Assembly: GCA_044357345.1 (NCBI GenBank)
Contig: JBIKPR010000004.1
Location: forward strand, 4,762-68,761
From: Bacteroidia bacterium
Lineage (GTDB): Bacteria; Bacteroidota; Bacteroidia; NS11-12g; UBA955
DNA: 64,000 nt
Direction: 5' to 3'
Shown here: piece by piece, positions 38,054 through 47,017 of the stretch
How positions within the stretch are numbered: the stretch's first letter is position 1
How the letters are laid out: each line of letters begins with the position of its first letter
Made by a program: the position numbers and the translations under genes
Notes under the pieces: model-generated
What the model was told of the DNA's origin: nothing
The model's database searches: none
What the model saw: the letters and a program-made list of their open reading frames with translations, nothing else

Positions 38054-38944
38054 CTAGAAGTTAAAGCAAGGTTGACGTCCACCATGTATACGGTATGTCA
38101 ATGTCAAACCACCTATAACATACCAATCTTTGGTTGCTGAATTTCCTCTTACATCACCATTTTCAAATGGCGCTAGTCCCACTTCCATACTTCTGTCTTT
38201 TAAAGCGACAGCCATTGGTCCACTTGCACCTCCAACAATAATATTGTCTACATAGATTGATGAAACATCATCCAGATAATCTGTGAAAGTTTTTCTCATT
38301 CCAAATTCAAAACCAAATGCCCAATAATCATCCAACTGCCATTTAGCGCCTATACCAACTGGAACACTTAATTGGGTTAATGAGTATCTTCTTTTGTCGT
38401 TAAATTTAGTGGTCTCTTGTCCTTCTGTTCCCAATGGTTGCAATTCAATCCAATCTCCATCCTGCGCTTGCAAAGTTGGATCCATCATATACGTTTGGTA
38501 CTTAAATTGTGCTTTGGGGTTAAAACGAAATACAGAAATACCAGCAAATAAATATGGTGACCATCCGTAAGATGTCTTGGTTTGCTCATACCCTAATATA
38601 TTCCATTCTCCTTGAACAGAAAACTCTATGATGTCCGATTTGAAGCTTAAATTTCTTCTACTTCTATATGGGTCTGATGCAAAGTTTTTGTCTGATCCTT
38701 CAATTTTGCCATAAATAGCTGTGCCTTTGAAGGTCAAATAAGGGCCGTAGTTGTATCGGCAAATCAACCCGCCCGCAAACTTGGTCTTATTCCACAATGG
38801 CATATAGCCATCGGTAAGTTCACCCATATAGTTTGATCCTCCTAAGTAAGGACCGAAATCAAGAGAGCTTACTTTCTTTTGAGAGAATGCCATAAATGGC
38901 ATTAAAAGCAGCAGGTTTAGGGTTATAATTGATCTATTTTTCAT
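38054..38944 (-). CDS. outer-membrane beta-barrel protein (DUF6089-like), paralogue 2
   Basis: Signal peptide. GMRKTFTDYLDDVSSIYVD matches GFRKTFTDYLDDTKGQYVD in the neighbouring gene. It also shares GTEGQ and KDWY motifs with it. Confidence 0.55.
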   Translation of the reverse strand: MKNRSIITLNLLLLMPFMAFSQKKVSSLDFGPYLGGSNYMGELTDGYMPLWNKTKFAGGLICRYNYGPYLTFKGTAIYGKIEGSDKNFASDPYRSRRNLSFKSDIIEFSVQGEWNILGYEQTKTSYGWSPYLFAGISVFRFNPKAQFKYQTYMMDPTLQAQDGDWIELQPLGTEGQETTKFNDKRRYSLTQLSVPVGIGAKWQLDDYWAFGFEFGMRKTFTDYLDDVSSIYVDNIIVGGASGPMAVALKDRSMEVGLAPFENGDVRGNSATKDWYVIGGLTLTYRIHGGRQPCFNF

Positions 38945-39090
38945 CGACGCATAAAAAACAATTTACGAAATTAGTACTTTTCAATGATAAAACGAAAAAA
39001 CCGAGGATTTATTTTACGAATAGAAAACCTTTCACTTTTCAAGTCCATGCACTAGACCATTAAGTTTTGCCTACGAAAGCAAAGATAGAG

Positions 39091-42000
39091 CTATCGAATG
39101 AGGTAAAAGTACCCTCTTACGTAGCGCCATGGCGTTTTCTTGCCTTTGTATTTAATGAGGTAAACAAAATAATCCGTTTGACATAAAAGCCCTTTATAAG
39201 TTCCATCCCAACCCGATCGGGCATCATCCGTTTCAAAGACCTTTTCTCCCCAACGGTTGTATATCTGAATATTTGCCGTTTGAATTGATCCAGAATTGAT
39301 TCTAAAAACATCATTGCTTCCATCGTCATTCGGCGTAAAAGCTGTTGGGATAAATAAAGTCAATGTATCCAAAACACAAATCTTCACTTTAAAACTATCG
39401 CTGCAAGATCCTTCATTCTTGATTTTTAAAGTAATGGTGTATTCATCAGTATCACCTTGGTATGTATGCGCTGGATTGCTGGCTGGGTCGTATGGAATTT
39501 TAGTTCCATCTCCAAAATCCCAAAACCCAGTTATGCCGCCTTCGCTTAAATTGATTATTTGCAAAAGCGCATTGTTGCTGTACAAACATTGTCCCGCTGG
39601 TGAACTGTTGAAATATGCCCGTATTCTTGGATATCCAGGAATGGTCGCTACCGTATCATAAACACACATCGTTTGGGTATTTTGAACCTTCACTTTATAC
39701 GTTGTGCCTACTGCTGCTGAAATACTCGATGTCTTTTGTGCTGGAATTGTATTCCACAAGTAACTATAAGGCCCTGCTCCATTCATTACCAAATTGGCAA
39801 ATCCAATATTCCCGAAACATTGCTTAGGACTTGTATTTACCGTTCCATAAAATGGTGGGTGCACATAAATTTGTTTAATTTTAACCACAGAATCGCTGCA
39901 ACCATCTTTCAAAACGACCCTGTAATTTACAGTTTTCCTCGGTTGAATATAAATATTCTGGACGTTAAATGCACCATTGCTCCATTGCAAATTATAAGTC
40001 CCTGTTCCACCCTTGGCAATGGTGCTTAAGGTAACGGGCACGCTCGGGCAAACGGTATCTTTATCTGACACTAAAGCAAGTTTTAATGTATCTCCAACAT
40101 CGAGTGTGAAACTGCTGCTGTTGGTGCATTTACCTGTACCTACTTTGTATACTATTTTGTGATTCCCCGTTCCCGCCTTCGAAGGATTGAAAGTGTTTCC
40201 TACAACACCAGAACCACTCAAAATACCACCGAGTGGACTAAGCCCCAAATTCACCACCGTATCGCGCATACAATAATTGGCAACTAAACCTGTAATGCTT
40301 GGATTGGGCAAAGGATTTACAGTTACAAATATTGTATCTTGGCATTTGCCAGGCAGGCTAAACAATATGCGGTGTTTGCCAGCTTTAGCAACAGAAGGAC
40401 TAAACATTCCCGATATCGCATTCGTAATTCCTGGACCTGAAAAACTCCCTTTTCCAGTATTGTTTTTTAATTTGAATGGATCATCTGCCACACAAAATAC
40501 GGTGTCTTTTTGTATATCCGCCCTTGGGTAAACATAAATAATTATGGTATCCTTGCAAGCATTTGCATCAGCAACAATCTGATTGTATGTGCCTCTGCCG
40601 GCAAGCGCGGGACTGAATTTCTGGTAATACAAACTACTCCCCACAATGCCTTTACTACCTGTGAACATCGCATTCCATGGATCGTTAAATAAATATTGAT
40701 AACGCATAAAATAGGCTGTGTCACTCACACAATTTTTAACTGTGTCGGCATAAAACCGGGTGTAACGCAAATACATTATTTTATTGTCCTTACACCCATT
40801 CTTGGCATGATAGGTCAATATTGAAGACACAAAGGTTGAGCGACTAGGGACCTTAAACGAATCAGCGGCAAAAGTGCCCCCAATCGAATCGACTATGCCT
40901 TTTCCTGTCCAAAACCCGCCAGCTGGAAGTCCGGCAGGCAAGGTTCTCAAACCGGCATCTGGACAAGCAATTTCATCCCAACGTGCATCCACATCTTGTA
41001 TTGTTCTTTGCAGGGTATCTCTGCATCCATTGATTGCATAAATATACAATTTATTTCCCGCTCCAGCTGTGTTGGGCGAATTGATTCCTAATCGGCTATT
41101 GCTGATTGATGGCCCCGTCCAAATACCACCTAATGGATAAAACTTTAAAGTATCTGCACTTACCGATTTGCACAAGGTATCAAATTGCTTAATCACCAAG
41201 CCATCAATGTTAATGGTCTTTTTACTGCTGCAGCCATTCCAAGTATAAGTAACAACAAAAGAACCCGCTGTATTGGGTGGTGTTACAATACCTGAGGCAT
41301 TGATGTTTGGGCCAGACCACGTGCCTCCACTTGGAGTGAAATTCGTAACTAAAAACGGCGCAGTTCCTGGACAAGCCGCATTTGGTGCGCCCGCATTGAT
41401 TGCTTTTACCGTAACTATTACAGAATCTCTACATGATCCTACCGCGTAATACGCTTTAAATATACCACCGCCTGAAACTCCAGGATCAAACGTTCCATTC
41501 GCTGAATTGCTAATGCCAGTGCCCGACCAAGTCCCTCCGCTCGGTTGAGCACTTAAATTAAATGCTGAAGCTGATTGACAAACTGTGGTGTCATTTTGTG
41601 CAACAGGTGGATCTAAAACCAAAATATCGACAGTGTCTCTAGCTGGCAATGATACCCCATCGTTAACTTCTAAGATGTATTGTGTGCTTGTTGTGGGACA
41701 GACGGTTTTTGGTGGCGCACCAGTTAAGCCCCCACTGATCCAATTGTACGCATAGTTGCTTGAATTCCCTCCACTTAAAACAGCTGTCAACACTGCGCAA
41801 GAGCCTTTACATAAAATGGTTCTATTCGTTTTCAAAACCAAATTAATTGGACAATCTGTTATTTTGAAATTAAGCTTAGCGTTAATTTTCCATATACTAT
41901 CGCAGGCATCTTTAAAAGATGAATTGAAATTGAGTAGGTAATTTCCACTTCTATTCAAGCCAGAGACAAAAAAAACATCGAAGGTATTGCTTTCGTTTTT

Positions 42001-42633
42001 TGAGTCGCAATTTATAGCCGTTACATTTGATATTATCGTTGACAATGCACCACTCAATTTGAAATTTGCAGCCTTTACTGAATCACAGTTAAACTTCTGG
42101 TCGAGCACCACCCGAATCTTGTTTGAATTACACGTTGGGTCGGCAATTGCAGAAAACTTAGGTTGTGGCACTGAGGTGATCTTTGCTTCCCAATTTAAGT
42201 CCCATCCATCGCAAACTATATTGGCATCCGAATGAAAATAAAATGTAACACAAGAATCGCTGGCATTTATAGCAATTGGATTGTTAATGGTTCCTGTATA
42301 GGTTCTTAACAATGTTCCATTGGTGTCATTGCCTTTGTAAACCCTTAGATAATCTGAAATCGATTCACTGCAAAACGGTCCGTTAAACTTGATATTGATA
42401 ATACTCGCTCCTTTAACACAAACGGTAAAAATCAAATTTTCGTTGTTTGCATATTTTTTGGCCGACTGTTTATTTCCCTCGCTATCGGTTAACTTGCCTT
42501 TGCATGCATACACTTTGGCATTGGCCATTTTATAGGTGGTTTGTGCAAAACCAAACTGAACAAAAAACACAGACAAAAACAGAATCAAAAATTGATTCAC
42601 AGCTTTCATTCCATATGCCTTGACACTTTTCAA
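39091..42633 (-). CDS. large T9SS type-B cargo adhesin: CUB-like N-terminal domain + many Ig-like (SprB/CHU-type) repeats + PKD-like domain + gliding-motility C-terminal domain
   Basis: N-terminus CKGKLTDSEGN...DYLRVYKGNDTNGTLLRTYTG...VTFYFHSDANIVCDGWDLNWEA is CUB-like. It has many repeats of the form SGGTWSG.GI...G.F.P. WDFGDGT is PKD-like. C-terminus is FIPTAFTPNDDGSNDVF...IYNRWGEKVFE...WDGTYKG. Confidence 0.8.
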   Translation of the reverse strand: MKSVKAYGMKAVNQFLILFLSVFFVQFGFAQTTYKMANAKVYACKGKLTDSEGNKQSAKKYANNENLIFTVCVKGASIINIKFNGPFCSESISDYLRVYKGNDTNGTLLRTYTGTINNPIAINASDSCVTFYFHSDANIVCDGWDLNWEAKITSVPQPKFSAIADPTCNSNKIRVVLDQKFNCDSVKAANFKLSGALSTIISNVTAINCDSKNESNTFDVFFVSGLNRSGNYLLNFNSSFKDACDSIWKINAKLNFKITDCPINLVLKTNRTILCKGSCAVLTAVLSGGNSSNYAYNWISGGLTGAPPKTVCPTTSTQYILEVNDGVSLPARDTVDILVLDPPVAQNDTTVCQSASAFNLSAQPSGGTWSGTGISNSANGTFDPGVSGGGIFKAYYAVGSCRDSVIVTVKAINAGAPNAACPGTAPFLVTNFTPSGGTWSGPNINASGIVTPPNTAGSFVVTYTWNGCSSKKTINIDGLVIKQFDTLCKSVSADTLKFYPLGGIWTGPSISNSRLGINSPNTAGAGNKLYIYAINGCRDTLQRTIQDVDARWDEIACPDAGLRTLPAGLPAGGFWTGKGIVDSIGGTFAADSFKVPSRSTFVSSILTYHAKNGCKDNKIMYLRYTRFYADTVKNCVSDTAYFMRYQYLFNDPWNAMFTGSKGIVGSSLYYQKFSPALAGRGTYNQIVADANACKDTIIIYVYPRADIQKDTVFCVADDPFKLKNNTGKGSFSGPGITNAISGMFSPSVAKAGKHRILFSLPGKCQDTIFVTVNPLPNPSITGLVANYCMRDTVVNLGLSPLGGILSGSGVVGNTFNPSKAGTGNHKIVYKVGTGKCTNSSSFTLDVGDTLKLALVSDKDTVCPSVPVTLSTIAKGGTGTYNLQWSNGAFNVQNIYIQPRKTVNYRVVLKDGCSDSVVKIKQIYVHPPFYGTVNTSPKQCFGNIGFANLVMNGAGPYSYLWNTIPAQKTSSISAAVGTTYKVKVQNTQTMCVYDTVATIPGYPRIRAYFNSSPAGQCLYSNNALLQIINLSEGGITGFWDFGDGTKIPYDPASNPAHTYQGDTDEYTITLKIKNEGSCSDSFKVKICVLDTLTLFIPTAFTPNDDGSNDVFRINSGSIQTANIQIYNRWGEKVFETDDARSGWDGTYKGLLCQTDYFVYLIKYKGKKTPWRYVRGYFYLIR

Positions 42634-42635
42634 TG

Positions 42636-43073
42636 TTATTTAGTTATTGATATGTTTGGTGTATTAATTGAATTGCTCCAATTGCCTGCCCTGTCGCGCA
42701 GTTTAACGTCAAATTGAGTCAACTCAGAATTTCCAGTCCCTAATAAAAAGGTATTTTTAATTTGCACGCGTATAATCCCTTTTATTTTAATTTCCGAGCC
42801 TGGCGGTGACAATGGCTTAACAAAGTAATAATCTGCATTGGCCAATCGTCTGTCTTTTATAAACAAATCATTTTTATTTGGATTATCTTCGCCTATATCG
42901 CCATCTGCATCGGTGTATTCAAACCGAATGACCAAACTGTCTTTGAACTCTTTAATGCTTGTTGAATTAACATCTAAAAACTTAATCAACGGCACTGAAC
43001 TGACCGCTGAATCTTTGCTGCAAGAAAGAAAAGCAAACAATATAAAAACTGGTATAAAACTATATTTCTTCAT
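42636..43073 (-). CDS. small hypothetical lipoprotein
   Basis: Lipobox FAFLSCSKD and a beta-rich 145-aa body. There are 2-nt gaps to both neighbours. Confidence 0.5.
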   Translation of the reverse strand: MKKYSFIPVFILFAFLSCSKDSAVSSVPLIKFLDVNSTSIKEFKDSLVIRFEYTDADGDIGEDNPNKNDLFIKDRRLANADYYFVKPLSPPGSEIKIKGIIRVQIKNTFLLGTGNSELTQFDVKLRDRAGNWSNSINTPNISITK

Positions 43074-43075
43074 GC

Positions 43076-44026
43076 TCAGTTAAGCCTCAGGGCAAAGTGT
43101 TTTACAAAGTTAAATGAAGTACTCGATGAAGGGATAAAAACCTTGGGGTTGATTTTATCAGATGTTTCAGTTCTAACCCAAACAACATCTCCAGAAGTTC
43201 CAATATCGGCAATATTAACCGTAATGCTGTGCCAATAATCTAGGTTAGTTCCTGATAAGCCTTTTGCATTAAAAGGATTGGTTTCTAAAACCATGTTTTG
43301 AACCTTAGTCGAATCGTAACTGTTAGGGTTTAATGAAAAATTGATTTTCGTTCCTGTAAACTGATTCACAGGGGTTTTATCGTCGGTATAAGCCACCCAA
43401 ATTTTCAAAGTATTGGTTCCGCTTGGCACCAGCAAAGGATTATATCCACTTCTCGTCAAGGGTGTACTAGAACCATCCGCAAATGCAATTAAACCGCCAA
43501 TTTGTGGAATAAAATCGATGCTATTGGCGGCATTCCCAAATTGATCTTTGGCTCCTGCATTTATCCAATTGCTTATATTTTGAACGTATTCGTTTTTCTT
43601 ATCTGTCCAATCGCTTCCCGGATCAATGGTTAATGGCATAATCCCTTGAGAACCTGGGATAAAAACACTTAGACGGTGCAACAACATACTTTTTGCTGCA
43701 TCTCCAGGAACAACACGCAAATTGAATTGAGGATTGTTGGGGTCGGTATTGGTGCTTAGACGATTAATTAAAGAATTGTATGAGCTTTCAACTGAGCGAA
43801 AATCCGGTTCAAAGTTTCCATCGTGGCAACCACTGTTCGAACAAGTTGGTTTAAAAATATTTTTGTGTAAGCCTTCTATTGAGTTGGGGTCAATGGGTTT
43901 GTTACTTATTACTGGCCCTTTATTGGTGTTATCCCAATTTTCATATGGATTCCCAGAGTTTGAACTTTTTTTACAAGCAATCAAACCCGTGAGTAAAAAC
44001 AGACTTAAAATTAATTTCATCTTCAT
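43076..44026 (-). CDS. lipoprotein with a Planctomycete-cytochrome-like (PSCyt-like) pseudo-haem motif
   Basis: Lipobox GLIACKKS. FKPTCSNSGCHDG...VVPGDAAKSMLLHRL resembles the C..CH...PG...S.L signature of PSCyt domains, but the spacing is CX4CH. Confidence 0.5.
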   Translation of the reverse strand: MKMKLILSLFLLTGLIACKKSSNSGNPYENWDNTNKGPVISNKPIDPNSIEGLHKNIFKPTCSNSGCHDGNFEPDFRSVESSYNSLINRLSTNTDPNNPQFNLRVVPGDAAKSMLLHRLSVFIPGSQGIMPLTIDPGSDWTDKKNEYVQNISNWINAGAKDQFGNAANSIDFIPQIGGLIAFADGSSTPLTRSGYNPLLVPSGTNTLKIWVAYTDDKTPVNQFTGTKINFSLNPNSYDSTKVQNMVLETNPFNAKGLSGTNLDYWHSITVNIADIGTSGDVVWVRTETSDKINPKVFIPSSSTSFNFVKHFALRLN

Positions 44027-45363
44027 ATGCGGTCAAATAAGCTCATGGATTCAAAATCGACCAAACCAGCTGCTTTTACCTCGTCTTTAAAACCTAAAAT
44101 ATCGGCAATGGTCAAAGCCATATCGGTTACCTTTCCTACAGGATTGGTTTCATTACCGACTAAAAGATTAGATGGAACATTTTGCCCAACCATACCACCA
44201 AATACACGCAATGAATTGCTGTCTCCGTGGTCGTAACCATACCAATCATTCTCGTCTTGAATGGGGTTATGCTGTAAATTACGGCCACATTCTGGCGCAA
44301 AAGTCATAATGGTTTTGCCACTCATTTCAGGAATTTGGGTTTGTATGTAATTCCATAAAAAGCCCATGGCATGATCCGCTCTGTGCATGGCTTGCAAGTA
44401 GCCCGTATAATTGCCGTGGCATCCGTCAATATTGCTAAGGTTTACCACCAATAATTTTGGTTTAAACACGCGCAATACCTCTGCTGCATAGCCAATGGTT
44501 GAACCATCACCTCCTGAAACCGGCGGCATAGGCAATAAACCCGAAGCTTGTCTTTGAAACGTATTGGCTATAAATTCCTTGATTTGTGTCTTCTCATCGT
44601 CGGTATTCCTAATACCTGGCATATCTCCTTTTTTGATGTTAAAGGTATTGTCCAGAAAATTTTTCATTTTATAAACAGGCTCTAGCTCCTCTTGAGGATG
44701 GTAAATTTTAGCGTTGGAAAGCGCAGCATAGCCATCGCTTCCAAAGGTTATTCCAGGGGCAAAAAAGTTAGCGCCATATTGCAACCCAAAATCTGGATGC
44801 TTGCTCGAATTTAACAAGGGAACGGAGTTGGATATGGTGTTGCCAATAAACCAAGTTTCGGTGGCTTTAAACCCACCAAATCGCCTTGCATATTCAAAAA
44901 TTGTTGGGTTCATCGGTCTAACCTTCAAACCCTGGCCCTGCACTCTGCTGCCCGTAATCAATGAATTCAAACCACCATAATGCCCTCCAGATATGGCCCG
45001 CATTTCTTGAAAAATAGTGCCTTGTTTTTGCAAAGACTGTGAAAGAATTCTTGGAATGGGTTGGCTACCATTAGTCTGTCCTGCCGGTGTCAGTCCATAG
45101 GCTATTTTAGATGCAGGGGCAGCGCCTTCAAGCATATTGTACAAAATATTCCCTTCAACATTATAGCCTTGGCTATCGGCCAAATACCTTTGTAAAATGG
45201 AGTCTTGTTGACGCAATCCGCCTCCGAATATCACCAACACCACATGGTCGGCTTTCGGTGCATTGGTCCGGGCAAACAAACGTCCCGAAGGAAGAATGTA
45301 GGGCAAGACCATACCGCCTGCGGCAAGTGTTGCTGATTTGATGACAAATTCTCTTCTTTTCAT
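44023..45363 (-). CDS. Tat-signal DUF1501-like protein (sulfatase/alkaline-phosphatase superfamily)
   Basis: Twin-arginine leader MKRREFVIKSATLAAGG. VVLVIFGGGLRQQD and ECGRN...YDHGDSNSLRVFGG resemble conserved DUF1501 blocks (recalled from memory). Confidence 0.65.
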   Translation of the reverse strand: MKRREFVIKSATLAAGGMVLPYILPSGRLFARTNAPKADHVVLVIFGGGLRQQDSILQRYLADSQGYNVEGNILYNMLEGAAPASKIAYGLTPAGQTNGSQPIPRILSQSLQKQGTIFQEMRAISGGHYGGLNSLITGSRVQGQGLKVRPMNPTIFEYARRFGGFKATETWFIGNTISNSVPLLNSSKHPDFGLQYGANFFAPGITFGSDGYAALSNAKIYHPQEELEPVYKMKNFLDNTFNIKKGDMPGIRNTDDEKTQIKEFIANTFQRQASGLLPMPPVSGGDGSTIGYAAEVLRVFKPKLLVVNLSNIDGCHGNYTGYLQAMHRADHAMGFLWNYIQTQIPEMSGKTIMTFAPECGRNLQHNPIQDENDWYGYDHGDSNSLRVFGGMVGQNVPSNLLVGNETNPVGKVTDMALTIADILGFKDEVKAAGLVDFESMSLFDRI

Positions 45364-45372
45364 AGGTTTGAT

Positions 45373-45876
45373 TTAATAGAACATATATTCATCGGATGCG
45401 GCAAACGCAGTATAAACCAGCTCCGGTCTAAAATTAGGATTGGATTTGTTGGCATTGATAAAATTGGTAAACCAAGTTTTCTCTGCCTCGGTTGGTCTGC
45501 GGATAAAAAAGCGGATAAAGGTTTCCTCAATAAACCGTTCAGTGCTGTCTGTCATCATTTTCCTGCTAGGCAATTTGACATTGGCACTGTTCATATAGTT
45601 GCTGATGATAACTTCATTGATTAATGACTTGTCACCACAACTTTGCATCACCCTGTCGGTGCGGCTTAATTCGTTAATGGAAGAAGGTTTTTGAAATAAA
45701 TTGGTACTTAAGATGCTGTGAAATTCTATATTTGATTTCGACTTGTCCTTGTCCAAATTATTCCCATAGGTATTGGTATCCACTACCTCATAGGTATTGG
45801 TGTCCTTCTTTTTGCAGGCCGAAACCCCAATCAGCAAAAGCAGGAAAAAAGTCAGTTTAAAAGTGTGCGTATTCAT
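45373..45876 (-). CDS. lipoprotein with one DUF4214-like module
   Basis: Lipobox IGVSACKKK. C-terminal FIRFFIRRPTEAEKTWF...FAASDEYMFY resembles the DUF4214 pattern LY..LGR.P...E...S.E(F/Y). Confidence 0.5.
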   Translation of the reverse strand: MNTHTFKLTFFLLLLIGVSACKKKDTNTYEVVDTNTYGNNLDKDKSKSNIEFHSILSTNLFQKPSSINELSRTDRVMQSCGDKSLINEVIISNYMNSANVKLPSRKMMTDSTERFIEETFIRFFIRRPTEAEKTWFTNFINANKSNPNFRPELVYTAFAASDEYMFY

Positions 45877-46768
45877 CGCTTGCTAAAATATTTTCTTGTA
45901 CATTTTGTAAACTTTTATTGGTATAAAAATCCATTATCAGGTTATATGACTCTTGGGTTGTTGGTTCTCTACCCACTAAAGTTAAGTAACACCATTTGAT
46001 TATTCCTTCATAATACTCTCTAGAATTGCACAGCATTTTGCAATAAGAGGGTTTGTTGTCTGCAAAGGCGCCAAACAAACTGCCTCCCTTTCCTGATTCG
46101 ATAATCGGATAAGCAATAGCGAATTCATCGCGGGTTGGGAAACGGAAAAACAAATCATCGAAAGAAGCATTCACAAAATTCAAGGAATTCATATTGATGA
46201 CATCGTAAATCGGATTGTCAAGCATGGCTGCGTACATATCGGAAATGCCAATAATGCCTAACTGATAAAGCCGTCTCGATTTCAGAACATTTTGACAACG
46301 GTTAATGGTTAGCATGGCAGAAAACACCCCTACCGAATCGCCGTTTAGTCGAGCCGATAGCACAGCAAACTGTGCATTGCCAATTTGTTGGTAAAACTCC
46401 TCCTCTCCGGCCCCCTCTAGCAACCTAGCCTTACTTAAATCGTACAATCTTTGGTAATAGGCTCTTTTGTATGAAGAATCGCCAGGAACATATATAGAAT
46501 CCGTCATCAATCTTCTAATCAATGACTTTCGAACATCATAGTTCAAATCACCACCACGCAATACAGCCAAGTCGCGTATCACTTCGTTATCGAGAGGTTC
46601 GCGCCCTAATAAATCAATATACAAGCGGTTGATGTAATTCTCAACTTTAACCGTAGGCACATCGTCGTAATTTTTGGGCGTATTGTTAGGCACAAGAACA
46701 TCAGAATTCTTACAAGAAACGCCATACAATAGAAAAAGAATAAATAAGAACCGTCTGTTTTTCTTCAT
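45857..46768 (-). CDS. lipoprotein with two DUF4214-like modules
   Basis: Start MKKNRRFLFILFLLYGVSCKN (CAT 46766-46768). The modules are YINRLYIDLLGREPLDNEV... and WCYLTLVGREPTTQES...ILASDEYAHF. Confidence 0.5.
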   Translation of the reverse strand: MKKNRRFLFILFLLYGVSCKNSDVLVPNNTPKNYDDVPTVKVENYINRLYIDLLGREPLDNEVIRDLAVLRGGDLNYDVRKSLIRRLMTDSIYVPGDSSYKRAYYQRLYDLSKARLLEGAGEEEFYQQIGNAQFAVLSARLNGDSVGVFSAMLTINRCQNVLKSRRLYQLGIIGISDMYAAMLDNPIYDVINMNSLNFVNASFDDLFFRFPTRDEFAIAYPIIESGKGGSLFGAFADNKPSYCKMLCNSREYYEGIIKWCYLTLVGREPTTQESYNLIMDFYTNKSLQNVQENILASDEYAHF

Positions 46769-47017
46769 AGGCTGAACTAAAATTGTTGTCTTATGTTCAA
46801 CAAACATAAGGAATTATTTTAACTTTTGCAAATTAAAAGGAAACAAAACACTTGTTGAAACAACTGATATTCAATAAATAAGACAAACTCGATTTCATAT
46901 TCCAAGGTCTAAAAACAAAAATAAAGCATTGATTTACAAACGTTTGAAATTACATTCAAAACCATAAGCAACTATACTTAGGTCCTTTCGTCTAAAAAGA
47001 GTTAAAACTCAACGCTT

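Noticed and set aside
43076-44026. Genuine c-type cytochrome
   Set aside because: The motif is C-S-N-S-G-C-H (CX4CH), not CXXCH. Only PSCyt-like similarity can be claimed.
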